Positions 48,461 to 63,830 of a stretch of 64,000 bases of DNA are shown here, piece by piece. Both the position numbers and the translations under genes were made by a program. Numbering within the stretch: the first letter of the stretch is position 1; every line of letters begins with the position of its first letter. This stretch comes from Ptychomitrium polyphyllum (Eukaryota), in NCBI GenBank assembly GCA_973851085.1, contig OZ316776.1:2232001-2296000 (forward strand). Reading direction: 5' to 3'. The notes beneath the pieces are model-generated. The model did no database searches and was not told the origin of the DNA. It was given only the letters and a program-made list of their open reading frames with translations.

Positions 48461-51400
48461 ATGGCCGGGGGGCAGACGATGCACCTTGTGTGCGCTAGCG
48501 CTGGTTCATCGTTCGAGCTGCGCAAGGCGCGCCTGCTTTTTGTCTGCTCTTCATTCAGGTTAGATGCGGATGAGTATTTTACTCTGATTGGAGGTGGAAT
48601 TCTTCATCATCGTATGCGTCTTTTAGTTTTGGTTGAGTGCGTTCGGTTTTGGTGTGAGAATTATCGTTCCTGGTTTTGCAAAAGTAACGAACGCGTCTAG
48701 AATCGCTTCTATGCGCCAATCCAGATTGAAGTTTTGTTCATATTCCTGAATCGTCCTTCGAAACGTCTCAAGCTTTAAAGCGAAGGATAGGACTTGATAA
48801 TTTAATCCGGCTTGTGTTTCTTGAGGTTATTGAAATTTCTGTCATTGATCAGTCCTTGTAAATTCGAGACACGTTGCAATGAACTATGCAAGACACGTTG
48901 CAAGCTATGCTGAGCTCTAGCCAAGAGGATTAATGCAGGCGAGTCTATACTGGACAGGGCACACTTTCTTGCCGATTGTTGAGAACTTGCATGTACGCAT
49001 CCCGGAGTCTTAGGAAAATATGTTTTATTCAAAAACTCTATTTTATTTGTCTTAGCAGGCCGCAATCTCATCGGCGATCAAGTGCGATTGCTGGTAGTCG
49101 CAAATCCTGTTTGATAACTGCAGCTGCTATGTCCACTGAGAACCGCGGTTAGTTCTGCTCTACTTTTTTCATTTTGTAGCATATGACAGACGCGTGGGGA
49201 AATTGGTATTAATGATGGATTCACGGTGCAGGGGAATGAAAATCTTAACCGGAACTTCCTGGTTTATCTGAATTTACGAAATTTAGATCACTGTGGCCGA
49301 CTTATTGCTTATCGTTGTCACCTACAGGAGAATGATGTATTACAGTGCTCGATCTATGACGTAAACCTATAAGAAATTTTGGATGTTGTTTGTAGGAGAT
49401 TGTAATGAGCAGGAAGCAAATGTTGCTTCGCAGGAGTCTTTTAATTATCAAGTTGGGTGGCGAAAACTACAGCGAGCCTCTGTAAAATTCGTACAGTCAC
49501 AAGTGCATAGCGATGCCACGGATCAGGTCAAGCTGGATTATAGTGCAAGGATACATCCGGCAGCAGGAAATGGTGCTTTAGTACTACCTGTAGTACTGCA
49601 TAATGATACATCAAGTAACGCAGATTTGTTTCAACTTTGCTGCAAGGTATAGCTTTAAACTTCTGACGAGCAATTATGTAGAGATGTTTCAGAGATTTGC
49701 AAGAGAGTTATCGTGGAACAGAAGTTGGTCGAAGGCATCCAGCATTGCAGTCCTCGTCTTAACTAAGAACTCGAATTTGTTGAATATGTAGAATGTTTTG
49801 TTTTGAAGGTTAGGAACTTTATCACTAGCATCTGATGAGAACCAAGCTTGCCGAACTACGTGCAGAAATTCTCTTAGTACATGATCTATATGCTCTCTTG
49901 ATTTGTAGGTGTCTTATTTGGGGGAACTTGCAGGGTGCAATTGTCGTTATGGCTTTGCTTTTAGCAGTGTTTTTGTTGAAGAAGGGCGTCGTCAAGGGTC
50001 CTCGATCCTGGGGACTTAATTCAACTGCTCTATTAGGTGCTCTCAAGTTATCCCCCTCTTTGGTTAGGCAAGCCTTGGCACAGGTTTTTGGCCAAGCTGG
50101 TGATACTTTAGTGACAAGGCCACAACAAATGCGACTGAATGTTACACCTCCAGATTTATCAATAATGAATTGGAACATGGCTCGTATGTCATATATGCTT
50201 GATGTTCTTCTTGAACGTCACCCTATCACGTAAGGACCTAAAGCATGAGTATTGAGAGGTCTCTTTTGTAGCTTCTCTCTGTTGCACATCACTTCACATC
50301 TACATACCCACTATGAGATATGTACCACAGACAATTGAAATGAAATATAGTAGTACAAGTGATAGTGCCATACTTCTTTCAATTCTGCTGAATCTTATTG
50401 AGTGATGGACCTGTTTGACAGAGTTGGTAAGCAAGAGAGAACCGGTTATGCAGTTGTACTTTGGCAACCTGGCAAAGTTTTAAAAGGGCACATATCTTGG
50501 TCCTCCAAACCTTTTGACGTTTTTTCCAGTGTCTGAACTATTGTTCCTGCAGGATCCCAATCAAGCCTTGACAAGAGTGTGTGCTTATTGTATTAATTAT
50601 ACCATTACTGTGCAGGTATGTGTTGCTGCTAATCATGGCATGCTTAATCTTGATTGTGATTGGAGGACTGCTGTTTAAAAAATATAGGTGAGTTTCCCAT
50701 TGTCTTCAAATGTATTGAAGGAAGCTTCTGTTTCTGATGAATTTGTTGAGGAAGTTCGTTTTTTTGCTGTTTTGATGTATGTGATGACCCTTTTCAGGGG
50801 AAAGCAAACCATGGGAGATGCTCTTTGGGATGCTTGGGCATGCCTCTGCTCCTCCGGAACACATTTGAAGGTTTGTTGCGTATTGCCCAATCACTCATGT
50901 TGTCGTTTTATTCCGATCCAGGCCATTTGGAGCTATCCTAAACCCGATGATTTTCAATTTCAATACGTTATTTACAAGTGTAAATCATTTGCTGCTCTTC
51001 AGAGTAGCAATTGATTGTCTGGGAATGGGAGATAGGGATCCAATGTCGGAATAAACAAGCCAAGGACCTGTGTCTTTTGTAGGAGAAATCACAGCAGGGA
51101 CGTACTATTGGATTCTTTTTGGCTTTTGGAGGTCTATTGTTCTACTCATTACTCACGAGTACAATGACAGCTCAAATTAAGGTTTGAACTCGTTCTACGT
51201 GTGCGTATTTAGTAGCTTGATTTGCTGCCACAGGCACATGTGACCAGGATTAGTGATCTTCTAGCTGCATGCAGCCTCTGGAGTTTTCCTTCTAAAAAAT
51301 TTCTTACAGAAGAGATTCTAAGGTGTTTTTCATAGGGTGCGTTCCAGATTTCTGTCAATAAACTCAAAGTCCACCTCATTTCAGAGTTTTATTTGCTATG

Positions 51401-54400
51401 TTCTATTAGGCAGATTGCCGTCTGCTGCATGATTTGGCTATATAGAATATGTTTGATAATTGAACATGTTTTGAGTTGCAGCTACGAATGGAGTGGCTCC
51501 GTGAAGGAGCCCATTCTCAGGTGATGGAGACTGGGCACATCGTGATCTGTGGGGCCAACAATCATATTACCACTGTTCTCAAGCAACTCAACAAGTCCCA
51601 TGAATTTGCCATTCGTGATGGTACTGCTGTATCACGGTATATTTTGTCTTTGAGCAGCTCCATATCTTTGAAGAACATGTGACGATTCCAGGGCTGCTAT
51701 GCAGGATTGGTGCTGCCCACAATGGATTAGTTTTTTTCAGACTGGGCTGGTGCATATTTGTTTATAATAAGTGAATTTGTCCAACCTGTTGCATTGAGCC
51801 CTAGTGCGTACGATTGCAGAAAGCAAACAGTTCTACTACTTTCAGAGCGAGCAAGGAGGGAGATTGAGAAGCTTGTCTCGCCAGTTACTAAAGAATGCAC
51901 TCAAATCAATATTTTGACCCGATGGTAAGGAAATTGGTTTTTTATCACAACGTACTGATATTTGTGATCTTCAATCTTTTCGTTAACCCTCTCCGGACAA
52001 CTGTTGGTTTGAGGACGACGTGCTTTCATGGATGTCCTTGATGTTACAATTCAAGTCATGGATTTTGTATGATGCATTCGTCTTGGCCAGTCGTGATTGT
52101 CTTGAAAGTTACACTATGAAATTCATATAAAGCATTGCTGGCGATGTCAAGCCAATTAACTCCATATGGTGCACGCAGTGGTAGCCTTAGTAGTCCGAGA
52201 TCTTTTGCGAAAGTGGCTGCTGACAAAGCTCGCTCTATTGTCCTCCTGGCCAATAAAGATGATCCGTAAGCGTCTACACCGCAAACCTTCGCATTAATTT
52301 TGTTACTTAAGATGCGTTAAACTACACTCGTTGAGTTTCGAGTTTCTACTTTTTCTTGATCTTCTGAGGCCAATCTCTTTGTAAATGTAATTTTGAGCTC
52401 TAAATAAGCACAAGCATGGAATCACAGATGGGTGGATGGTTGTGTTCTTGGTTCTTAGCTTGTGCTTTGAAATTTGTGCAGATATGAGGCAGATGCAGAC
52501 AATGTTCTTGCGCTTTTGGCTCTGCAGTCTTTACTTGATGAACGAAGTGCTGGTAATGTGATTGTGGAGGTAATGCCATGCCTTTATATCTTTATACTTG
52601 TTGGATACTGAACAAGGCGACGTGGCTTGTTCGCATTTGTAAAAGTATTGCAAAACGTGCTCCATGGATCTATAATATTTATGATGTGTATGCAGGTGTC
52701 AAGGAAAAGTACTGCAGGCTTATTGAAATCTTTATCAGGGTTAAAAGTAAGCCCAGTGCAGAATTTATCATCCAAGCTCTTTGTCCAATGTACTCGACAA
52801 TCTGGCTTAGTTGATGTGTATCAACAACTCCTTGATCATGGCAGTATGTCTTATGAACCCAACGCTCTTCTGCTTCTTACGAACTTAATATTTGCACTTA
52901 TCAACTGGTCATAGTTATCAAGAACGTATTTGTGCAGAATAGCGTGTATACTCTGCTAGACACATTCATTGATGTGTAATCTCGATGTGCAGAGACCGTC
53001 ATAAATCTTCGCAACTACCCAAGCCTTTCTGGCCTACCATATGGAGAGGTCCGTCGTGGATTTCCAGAGGTATCAGCCTATTTCACCTTCTGTACTTTTT
53101 GTCTTGGATGAGTAATTATCTTCTCTACCTTTAGAGGTAATTGCGGTAAATTTTTGAATTTATTTTGATTGTGGAAGGTTCATGGGTATGCAGGCTGTGG
53201 TTTGTGGACTAATTCCGGCAGGAGGAGGTCCAGAGTTTCATCCTAAGGACACACGACTCTTGGAATCGACTGATAAGGTAGTCATTTACATCTCTGAACC
53301 AGTGGCCACAGTGAGAACTGCTCTACAGGTTTGAAATAGAAAGCTGTTGCTATTAGCCAAGCTGGTTAGTACCCTTCGAGAGGTAGTAGTTGATATCATC
53401 AGCCTTTCTAGGCACGTTTATAGTCTTGTTGAGGATGATCCGAGCACAGTGATTTGGTCGATAGCTATGAAATCTAGCTTTGAAGTGGTTGAAAATGATG
53501 TACGCGGGACCCAGAAATCGGAGCTCTGGACAGCTTTGTTGAGGATAGATTTGAAAAGTTTGAGAATGCATGTGAGAGGACATCCACGAAACGCCGAAAT
53601 ACCTGCTCTGCATGTACAAGATCCGCAATATATTATTTGATCTAAATAGCCAGTTTATAACTGAGTTTATTCAATCTGTGCGCAGCTGTTAATTTTAGCA
53701 CGCAAACACACTCACCGCTTGCCCCCCGCAGCACTCTTGGCCATGGCCGAGGAGAGGTCGAGGATAACACGGCTATCTGAAGCGTCCACTTCTGATTCAA
53801 TTGTCGTTAGAACAGATTCAAATGAATCCAGGAGTTTGACTAAGATTTTCAATCGGGCTAAGAATACAGGTTCTAAGGTTTGCAGCTATTTGCCACTTGT
53901 ACCTGCTGATTTGCAGAAAGAGTTTTGAGCTTTACTCATCTCCAAGCCGTACTTTCGTTAAAGAGATTTCTGGAATATCTGACATTGTGCCGCTTCTAAT
54001 GTGGTGTAGACAGCTGATTGGAGCGTTGCAAGGAAGGAACGGATAATCATATTGGGGTGGCGTCCTGGTGTTAGCGAGATGGTGTGGGAATATGACGATT
54101 ATGTTGGCTCTGGCACTGAGTTGGTATTTGTCTTACCTGCAGTATTGTATGTGTTTCCATATCACGCCATACGGAATCAATCTTACATCAATCCCAACTT
54201 CTGAACAGCTGGGAGCAGGGCTATGCTCTTCCACACTGAAATGCTTTTATCACGATTTCAACCACTTGTATTTGATTTGTGGATTTTTTACGTTAGAATG
54301 TCACATATTATGCAAACCGTTTGCTCAAGCTTCTGTTGTAGACATTAGATTAGAAGAAGCACAGTATTGGCTTTTCTTTTCTTGCTATTCTAATTGTTAG

Positions 54401-56738
54401 GTATGTTTATCAGATGGTTTTATTTCTAATGGGCACTCATGATGCATTCTTTTACATTTTCAGATAATATTGGCAGAAGCTCCAGTAGAAGAAAGGAAAG
54501 CATGCTTGGCTAAGAGAAGTAAAACTCACCTGCGCAACATTCACGTAATTCACAAAGTAAGTTTGAAAGTGCTTTGATTGTCATCTCTCGATTTTGGTTA
54601 TGTCTGTTAGGATGGATGTCTCATGAACGGTGTATCTGATTACTTAAAATTGCAGACTGGTAATCCTATGAGTCGATCAGACTTGCAAGATGCAATACTG
54701 AGCAGCATTCCACAGAAGTTGCACACGGGAGCGAAGTCAGCAGATGACGACTCTGAGAAAGTACCACTCTCTATTGTAGTCATTGGAGACAGAGGGTGGC
54801 ATGCTGGAGGTTTTTTCTCAACCATTGGTTTAGTTTTGGTCCTGCGACATTTTAGAGCATTCTCTTTGTTTTTCATCTGCAATGATATTCGCAGCTTAAA
54901 TATTTTGTAAACGAAATATGGTTTTCACGAGAAGGAAAAGCAAATCAATAAAGGGACTATCTTGTGTTTTATAGAAAATTGAACTTGACAAATAGCAAGG
55001 AAAGAAACAGCAAGCGGGCTCTCTAGTGTTTATTTGATTCTTACATGTTTGTCATTTCAGAAACAACCAAGCCTGATAAGCAATGTGTGTTCGCGTTGTT
55101 ATTAGCGGAATCACTCTGCAAGGAGTTTAATGTTAAGGTGAGCCAATTGGTTGACAAGCATCTTGAATGTTTCTCATCGCACACTTCGGATTGAGTATTG
55201 CAGGTTCAGCGTTTTATTGTGGTCTAATAAATTCATCTGTTTTTCCTGTAGCAGTTTCTTACGAATTAGGGTTATCAATTGTACTCTTGAAGCAGAGAAA
55301 AGGAATATATTGTGTGGATATTAACAATTCCAGTTTGCCAAATATCGAAGTCTGCCTATTTTTTTTTACGTCAGCATCCCTTCAGATATCAGAAATTAAT
55401 AAGCCAGAATATCATGTGGGGTATCTTATAAATAATCGATCTGTCGTTTCATCTTTATGTGGCAACGTCGTAACAGTTGGTCCATGTTACTGCAGGTAAC
55501 GAGTTTAGTGGCTGAATTTATTGACACCAAGCTGGGGAAGCAGGTCTGTTGCAGACTCTTTGATTTTATATTTCTGAAGAAAGAGGACATTGTATTTTAC
55601 ACTAGAATCTACTGCTAGAGTTAAAAGTAGGCCTGAGCTTGACAACGTTTTCCGGGCTTCTTGGGCTAAGTTGTAGTTGATCTCTTTGTTGAGTCTTACT
55701 ACGAGAATATGGGTAGTTCTTTGTAAGTTCGTATAATCTTAAGGTTTATTCAGACGACTGTTCTATCAGTTTCTTGATTGTGTGTACTTTAGTATCTCTT
55801 CTGTGCACAAGTATGCAGCTTGGCTGTGGCTTAAATTCGAAGGTATGGGTTTGTATACTCGTCCTGATGCTTGCAGGTTGTCAAGAGTCATCCTACGCTC
55901 ACATACATAGGAACTCGTCCTGATGCTTGCAGGTTGTCAAGAGTCATCCTACGCTCACATACATAGGAACTAGTGAACTGTCTGGGCTCGTGACTTCTCA
56001 AGGTATATGCACACTTATGCCCAAATTGTAGTCATCCGAAAATATTATCTAGCTGTACTTTACTCCGGATTCTGTATTGCAGTTGATAATTTTTATGATG
56101 TTACTTCAGCATTCGATAACTGTTTGCACTCGACTGTTTCAGTGGTTGAGCATAAGGATTTGAATGAAGTCTGGACAGAATTACTTAACTCCTGGGGAAA
56201 TGAGATATATATGAAGGTACGTATGTTGGATACGAACGACTTTTATTCTGTCATCAGTTTATTTGTTGCAAAAGTAGATAATTTTCTATGTCGATGAAGC
56301 GTGCAGATTTGATACCCAATCCTCAAGCGATTCGTATTGCACGCACTTCCAGCATTACCTCCACTGCTGACGATTGTGCGTCTTACCTGTAGGGGATACA
56401 ATTATATATGCGGGAATGCGAATCACCATCTTTTTATGAGCTTCAAGAGCGGGCCGTATCAAGGAATGAAGTTGCTATAGGTTATCGACATAATAATAAA
56501 GTGGTACTTACATCTTCTTTCTTACTTCACTTGTAGACCTAATCTATGAATGATTCGATTTTACACATGCATGATACTGCAAGGTATGGTTGTTATGTGG
56601 AAAATTTCATGTATAACTTGTAGTTCCACTAACTATTATGTTTCAATATGTCTGTAGGTCCTGAATCCAAGTTCTAAAGTGAAACCCCTAGAATTAAGTA
56701 GAGAAGATTCTGTTGTTGTAATCTCAGAATTTGAGTAG
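48461..56738 (+). CDS. POLLUX-like ion channel of the plastid envelope channel (PEC) type, about 20 exons
   Basis: Transit-peptide-like N-terminal exons, then [91 protein letters not shown] and [10 protein letters not shown]. An in-frame upstream ATG at 48377 makes the start uncertain. Confidence 0.9.
55857..55971 (+). repeat. Perfect 56-bp tandem duplication spanning an intron 3' end and exon start
   Basis: actcgtcctgatgcttgcaggttgtcaagagtcatcctacgctcacatacatagga at 55857-55912 and 55913-55968, followed by ACT microhomology. Confidence 0.95.
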
Positions 56739-58644
56739 ATATTGAGGAATTTGGCATTCCCCACTGTACAAGTTACCTTGCATTAATTGTTGATCCCCTT
56801 TCATATCTTAGAGCAGCAAAATGCCAGGAACGAGTCCTAATTGTATGTAGGAAGACATTCCATTGCATGTGCACTACATGATAAATCACATCCAAAACAT
56901 GGAAATAAGCCATGGAGATCACCAATGGAGAGCGAACGTGTGAAGTCAGATGTTAACCTAATCACTTGATTTCTCCTTAACATATTTTAATGGCCACTGC
57001 TATGTTCCAACTGTTGCCACATTTGGTGATCAATCGTATTGGTAATTCTTTCGTATTGGAAATTTGGACTAATTCTTTCTCGGGATTTCAAAAGCTTTGG
57101 AATCCAGTAAAGTATTAACCTACGTGAGTGTTGAATCCAAAAAGGGCCAGTCGATTGAGCACCATCACTACGGAAAGACGCAGGAGCATGATTCTTCTCA
57201 CGGATTCCGATTAAAGGGGAGATCCTGGGGCGATCCAAACATTGGCCAGAGGCATGGTACCCATGAACCCAGCTGCCAATCCAGCCCGGTCTTACGAGCT
57301 GCATGCAGGATAACGTCCCCTCAAGGAGCTCTCCTTATTGGCCGCGCTCCGCCACTCGGCGTCTCAGGAGCGCCCCCGAGCGCTCCCCCTCTTTTGAACA
57401 ATGCAATGCAGTCACACGCTATGCTTACTCCGGCCTTTGCAGCTTTTTCACTTGCCACTTGCTGGCGCCTCTGCGCCGGGTGCTAGCTGCCACTTGTACT
57501 TCACATCACAAAACCCATCACAAGATTTTTTAACTGAATTTGCAAACTTTGCTACGGCGTGGCAAACGGTCCCCAATTGGACTAGTTTACAATGCTCAAA
57601 AACCAAAGATACATCTACATGAGTTCCAATAAGTGTATCACAAAAATTACACTTAGCATATATTCCAACCAGTGTATCACAGAAAAATTTACATCATAAC
57701 ATTATACAAATAAAACAAGCCAGTGTGATGGGACACAATTACATAATTTATTACATACTAATTGCATTCTTAAGTAATTTAGGCAACTCACATTATGCCT
57801 TAAAATTCAAAACTCAATAATAAATGATAATGAAGAGATGTAGTTGATAACTTGGCATATAAATTCTTTCAATTTTTGATAATACAAGAATTTAACAATG
57901 AAATTATACCTTTAAATGATGCTATTTTAGTTTATTTTTAAATGCTTAAGTAAAACATTAAAATTTATTATATAATAGATTAAAAAGGTATTTCATTTAA
58001 GGCCATGCCACACAATTAACAAAGGAAGTATCACAACTTCCTCTATTTTATATTTTATTCTTTATTCTCATATTAATTTTTTCATTTTGAATATTTTCAA
58101 ACATAATTTTCTAATAATACTAAAATATATTTATTATACCATGCTAATTTACTTCAAAGCTATATTAATTGCAAAACTAAATTCAATGCAAAATACAAAG
58201 CCAATGAATTAATTCAATCTATTAATACTACGCCGTTTACTTCCCACCATGTCACTTCAATTTAATTAAGACACACTTTCAAGGCTATAAAGTATCTTAA
58301 ATATAACCAAGACATTCTTTTAAAACGTCCAAACATCAGAGTACGTGTGAACGAGGCGTCACAGTGACCGTGTAGGCGGGTGACGGGCGACCGGCGCACC
58401 GGGGGCTATCCGAGTGGCCCCCCGGGGGCGCGGCTATGGCGGATGCAAGCGCTGAGAGCAGCAATCAGCGCGTGCGATCTCCCACCACTTTTATCTCCAC
58501 TTCACGGCCGCACCTTCTCCAGCCAAGCAATCGCACCCTCAGCGCAGTCACCCTGCGTACCGTCGTCCACAATTCCGCACCGTCCTCAAGCGCAGGCCAA
58601 ATCAGCTCGCTCTGCGCCTTGAGGTCCAGCTGCCGATCGTATCC

Positions 58645-60874
58645 ATGGCCTCCTCTTGCGTCATGTCGGCCATCGCCGTGAGCAGCGTTACTGCCGCTCC
58701 CCGTGCGCAAGCCGAACGCGTTCCGGCTAACAATGTGCTCTTCTCCGCACGCCGCGCCTCCACGATCTCTGGCGTGGCACTTCCGTCACTTCGCTCGAGC
58801 TCCCGAACAGGTTCGGACTCCATTGTCCATTTGTGATGAGCTTGAGAGTGCTATGTGTCCATTCGAATGCTCATTCCTAATTTTGGATGTAATTATCAGA
58901 GCTTACCCGTCAACTTCCTGGTTTGTGGCATGTGGAGTGGATAGTGCTAACTGGAGTGGAATCAGCGTCATGATGAGCCTGAGAGTGCTCTGACAGGTTA
59001 GAGTATGTTAGTAGAAGATGTATCTGGAGAGCAGTAATCGCTTTTGCGCCTAAAGGGAGTGACATTTGAATTAGGAGGAGTTCGTCGACGACAACTTCAA
59101 GGATGCAATTGTTGCAGATTATCTGTCAACGTCTTGGTGTGTAGCATCCAGTGGATTAGTCACACATGGCTGAGTTCCATAATCATCTTAGGCGTCGGTA
59201 CGAATTGTTTGATGTGTTCACGTAAACCGAGCAGGAGGATAACTTGCTATTTTGTGGGGTGATTCGAGAGAGTCTATTGATTCGTGCAATTGTTTATCCG
59301 ATGAGGCTTCACTGCTCGTTAACTGAGAACATGAAGGAGAGATTTGAACGTTCTTTGCGTCGCGTCTGCCGGTTCCTCTTCTGGAAATCTGTTGCTGACG
59401 CGGTGGCTGATGGAATCGCTACCTGTCTTAACTCTTTGCTATGATCATAATCAGAAAGCCACCTTCAAGAAGCGTTAAATTTAGACTTCAACAGTCTAGA
59501 AATCGTGGAAAGAACAGGGAAACGTCTCGTTACTTGCCTAGCTGAGATTGAGTCTGTCCAATGTGGGTGATGTCGCTGTCATGCGGTCTTTCTTCCTATC
59601 TGTGATGTTCGGAATCTGTCACTATCGGGATGTAGAATGATGCCTACACTCTACTACTGACATGCACGGCCGAAATTTTGATGACTAGCAGAAGCGAAGC
59701 GATCTTTAACAATAGTTGCCGCTAAGGCAACCAAGGAGGCAGAATCTGCAGTGAATGAGAGTACCGCTGCCGCGGAGGATTTTCTTCAGAGCTTACAAGA
59801 CGCGGTATTTTGTTCAACTTCCTGATGCCTCTGTCCTCTAGTCCTCTGTTTCCTTGTGAGCCAAGAGAATGTCAAAGCCAGTTTTCGAAAAGGAACTTTA
59901 AGAAGAAGCTTAGTCGACCATGTTGTTGTACAAAATGACATGTTATTCGTGTACACCTCCCTTTTCGCGTCTTTGTACTTTTTCTACCACTAGACTTCTG
60001 CATATGCATCTTGGTATGTGTGAATAAAAAGTAAACTTTTCTGTGATTGTATTGCATATATTTTTTAGGCTTTAATGCTAATTGTTTCAATATGCAGTGG
60101 GAGAAATCAGATGACAAGCCTGCCATCGCTGGATTAGTATTTGCTGGACTGATCGGGCTTTGGGCATCCTTTGGGCTTATCAACGTGAGTGCCGACTGAG
60201 AGTAACTTTCTACGTCGAATCCTGTGAAAATCAAGTTTCACAAGCTAGTTTATATCTGTTGTTACAGTTAGTTCCATAAATAGATTTTATGTGGGGGATG
60301 ATTGTTGCGCTGACGAAAGAATACTGAGGAATGATGTTTGCAACTGAAATGTGACAGGCCATTGAGAAGCTTCCACTGATTCCAGATCTTTTTGAGATCG
60401 TTGGAATCTTGTTTTCAGGGGTAATGCAAATCGAACCCATTGTTCCTGACCCTTATGCCAATGATTTTTGTTAAGTCTTTAGTAATTTAACGTGTACTGC
60501 TGAAGCAGAAGCTGGAACCTAGCGTTATGTGAATGTTATATGGTGAATCGACTACGCCTAATCCAAAAGTATATTCTGTGTTTGCAGTGGTTTGTTTACC
60601 GATACCTGCTCTTCAAACCCGACAGGTTAGTGGGATTTCCGGGTCTCGATGCCCTCCTTATTTCTACAATGTCCCACATTCACAGAAACCGAGCTTAATT
60701 CTAATCATTAAACATTTTGCATCATTATCGCTTCCTGAAAATTGAAGGTTATTGTGACACTGCTATTTTTTGACAGACAATGCTGACTAAAGTTTCTGGA
60801 TTGCCTCTGGATTGTGCAGGGAAGAACTGTTGAAGTTGATTGACGAAGCAAAGGCAAAGATCACAGGTCAGTGA
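58645..60874 (+). CDS. CURT1C: CURVATURE THYLAKOID 1 family protein, CURT1C-like (6 exons)
   Basis: Transit peptide, then WEKSDDKPAIAGLVFAGLIGLWASFGLIN|AIEKLPLIPDLFEIVGILFSG|WFVYRYLLFKPDR|EELLKLIDEAKAKITGQ*. Family is secure; subclade is less so. Confidence 0.9.
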
Positions 60875-61929
60875 TATCAGGATTTATTGTATCATCGATT
60901 CTCGGGGTTGAAAGGAAATGCAGTAAGAGTTAGATAGCGGCGGCTTCTTTGCAGCCGAAGCTGCAATTCGTAATGTGATGCTTTTGCATCTTCTCATAAT
61001 CTTTGTGTAAAGGAGATGACTTTCAAGGAACTTGAGAAGCTAGAGGCACGTCTTGCACGACCTGCTGATCCTATATATGATGCATTTCTTCTTTCTACCT
61101 TATCAGGATTACGCCCTGTCTTTGATTAGACAATTTCCTCCTTTCAATTGATGATTTAACCTCATTTTTACAAGCCCATATTTTTAACTTGGTCAATGAA
61201 GATTTGCCTTGGTCAAAGTTTTCTCTACTCTAATGTTCTTTTAGTACCAGAATATCAAATTGGACATCAAATTCTAGTACTTAATTCTTTCATACAATAA
61301 TAGAATTGGTTTTATCAACAATCTCTTAAATTCTTCTTATACTTAAAGCTTCAAACAATAAAGTTCCATAATATAGTTCTTCTAAATGACATTTGATGTT
61401 TTGATGTGATATTTTATTGTTTATGTTTTTAGTCCGTCTGGCCATTTATTTATTGTTGGCATGCTTGTTTTTGTTTAATTGTATGGTTTTGGTGATTTTT
61501 TAGCATATAATTTGATTAGTTCTTCCATTGTATTCTATAAGAATAAAAACTACTACATTCACTATAATATAATTTTGAATCTGTAAAAAAAATTTATTTT
61601 ATTTTTATTCTAAACATATTTATTATTGTTTTTTAAGAAAAACAACTTCAATTTAGCAATAATATGTATACATAATACTTATTCATTGTTGGTTTAATAG
61701 ATGTCAAGGAGTTATTATTTTTAAACTCTTAACTTATCCCTTTAAAGCTTGAGTAGGTAATTTAAAAACATTGTCTTTATTATAGTATAGTTTTTATACT
61801 ACTTTACTTAGATTTTATAGTTTAGAAAATTAAAGGAAAGTAAAACAAATTTATGCATGTCTGGTGCTTTTTAAATTTTTGTGCGTAGAACAAAAACAAA
61901 ATTATATGGTTCCTTACCATTTGTCTATC

Positions 61930-61955
61930 TGTTTGTTTGTTTGTTTGTTTGTTTG
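61930..61955. repeat. (TGTT)n microsatellite
   Basis: tgtttgtttgtttgtttgtttgtttg read directly. Confidence 0.85.
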
Positions 61956-63830
61956 CAATTATAAACTATACATAAACTTGCATTACATAGTATCACATCA
62001 AAGGTATGATGGCTCTATGTTTGTTTATATTATGGTGACAAAAAATAATAGTATAAATGTTTAATAAAGAATTTGATATTATTTTATCTTTTGATTTATT
62101 CAAAACACATAAAAAGAAATGCAAAAAAATTATGAAATAAAAGCTCTAATTTTTTCATTTAAGGTTGATACTTTTTAATTCTACATGGTAATTAAAGCAA
62201 TCAGCGTAATTTGATATATTATATAAAATTAATAAAAAAAATTATGAACGTACATTAATAATTTCATTAATTGGTATTTGTAGTTTATTTTGTAATAAGC
62301 AAATCTCTTAGAAAATAATTGAAGATATTCCATTTCTATTTGAATTCTTAACAATTCTTTAAAATCCAACATTTAAATACTTATGATTATATTATTTGTA
62401 TTTTTTATATTAAATTTTATCTTACAAAAGATTAAATCTTTTATTTTTGTGTTTTTTAATTTTTTTAATGCAGATTTATTAAATCAATTATCTCATATTG
62501 ACCAAAAACATTGACAATATTTTTAAAATAAAATTTTCAATCCCAAAATTCAAATCTCACACTATAAGCTTGATAAATCTATGAAATCTTGTTATAAGCT
62601 TCAAAATTCAAATTAAGAATTGATACTAATTGCATAAAAAATATTAAATTAACTTTAATAAATGTATATTAGAAATTCAAATTATCATTCAACTATTCTA
62701 CACTACAATGAAATCTAAAATGCCATCAATTAGTTTATAACCATCAAATCCATTATTTTAAAAGAAATTGACATTTTTATTTGATTTTCTTTGTCTTGTT
62801 TTTTAAATACATATAAGAATTTCTATACATTTAATACCAATTTACAAACTTAATATCTCAAATATTTTATAAGTAAAAATTATATTTAAAAAACATATCA
62901 TGCATTATGAAAAAATATGGCGAAAAATATTAAAAAGTTTATTTTGTATAAAATTTATAAGTGTCAACGCATAAACAAACAATTATCCAAGGACTATAAG
63001 ATTTTTTATATACTAGTTACAAATATCTAAAAAGCGTTGTGTCTTTGTAATGCAATACTCATGCAAATAATCAAATTGAACTTTGTAAAAAATGCACATC
63101 TAAAAGTAGCATGATTATACTAATAACAAATTCTTTTTTATCCAAATGGTTTTAAATAGTAGCTCCTATATCGTCGTACTAGAATTAGTGCGCATAAGGT
63201 TACTTCACCACAGGGTTAAGGACCCCTGTTACCATGCATGTGAAAGTTTTTGGTCGGCATCCAAGTATCAGACAGGTATCACACCAGGACAAGCTAGGTA
63301 TGAACATAATACCGCGATGTATGACCCTAGCAATAATCCGTTATCACATTGTCCTACACAAGGCACCTTCGAACATTCCGTGATTATACTTGGAACACCT
63401 CCCTACTCAGAAGGCCTATTTCCGTGGACGCAAGAATCTTATGATCATGATCAGAATTCGAACCAGCGAAAGGCACTTCACCTCGCCGTCTATCCACCCG
63501 CACAAACGAACAGCCAATAGAACACCCTCCTCATACGGACGAACGAGAACCCCTAAAGCAACTTCGTCGGATGAAAGGACCTCGCACACAATCGAGAACT
63601 GGCGGGCGCAACTTCGTCGGACAGACGCGCCTGGCGGACGCTGGTGCTGGCGCTCGGCTGCACAACGGAGGCTCTTTGCTTGCCGAGCATTTAGCATGGC
63701 CATCGCGGCGTGTACCTCATTTGCTTCTCCTGCAATTGCTCCGTCGTCATCTTCGTTGTGTCTCGAGGGTTGTAAGCCTGGAGGGGTTGTGTCTTAGTTA
63801 GGGGGCGGGGGTTTGCAGCTAGACAGTGCC

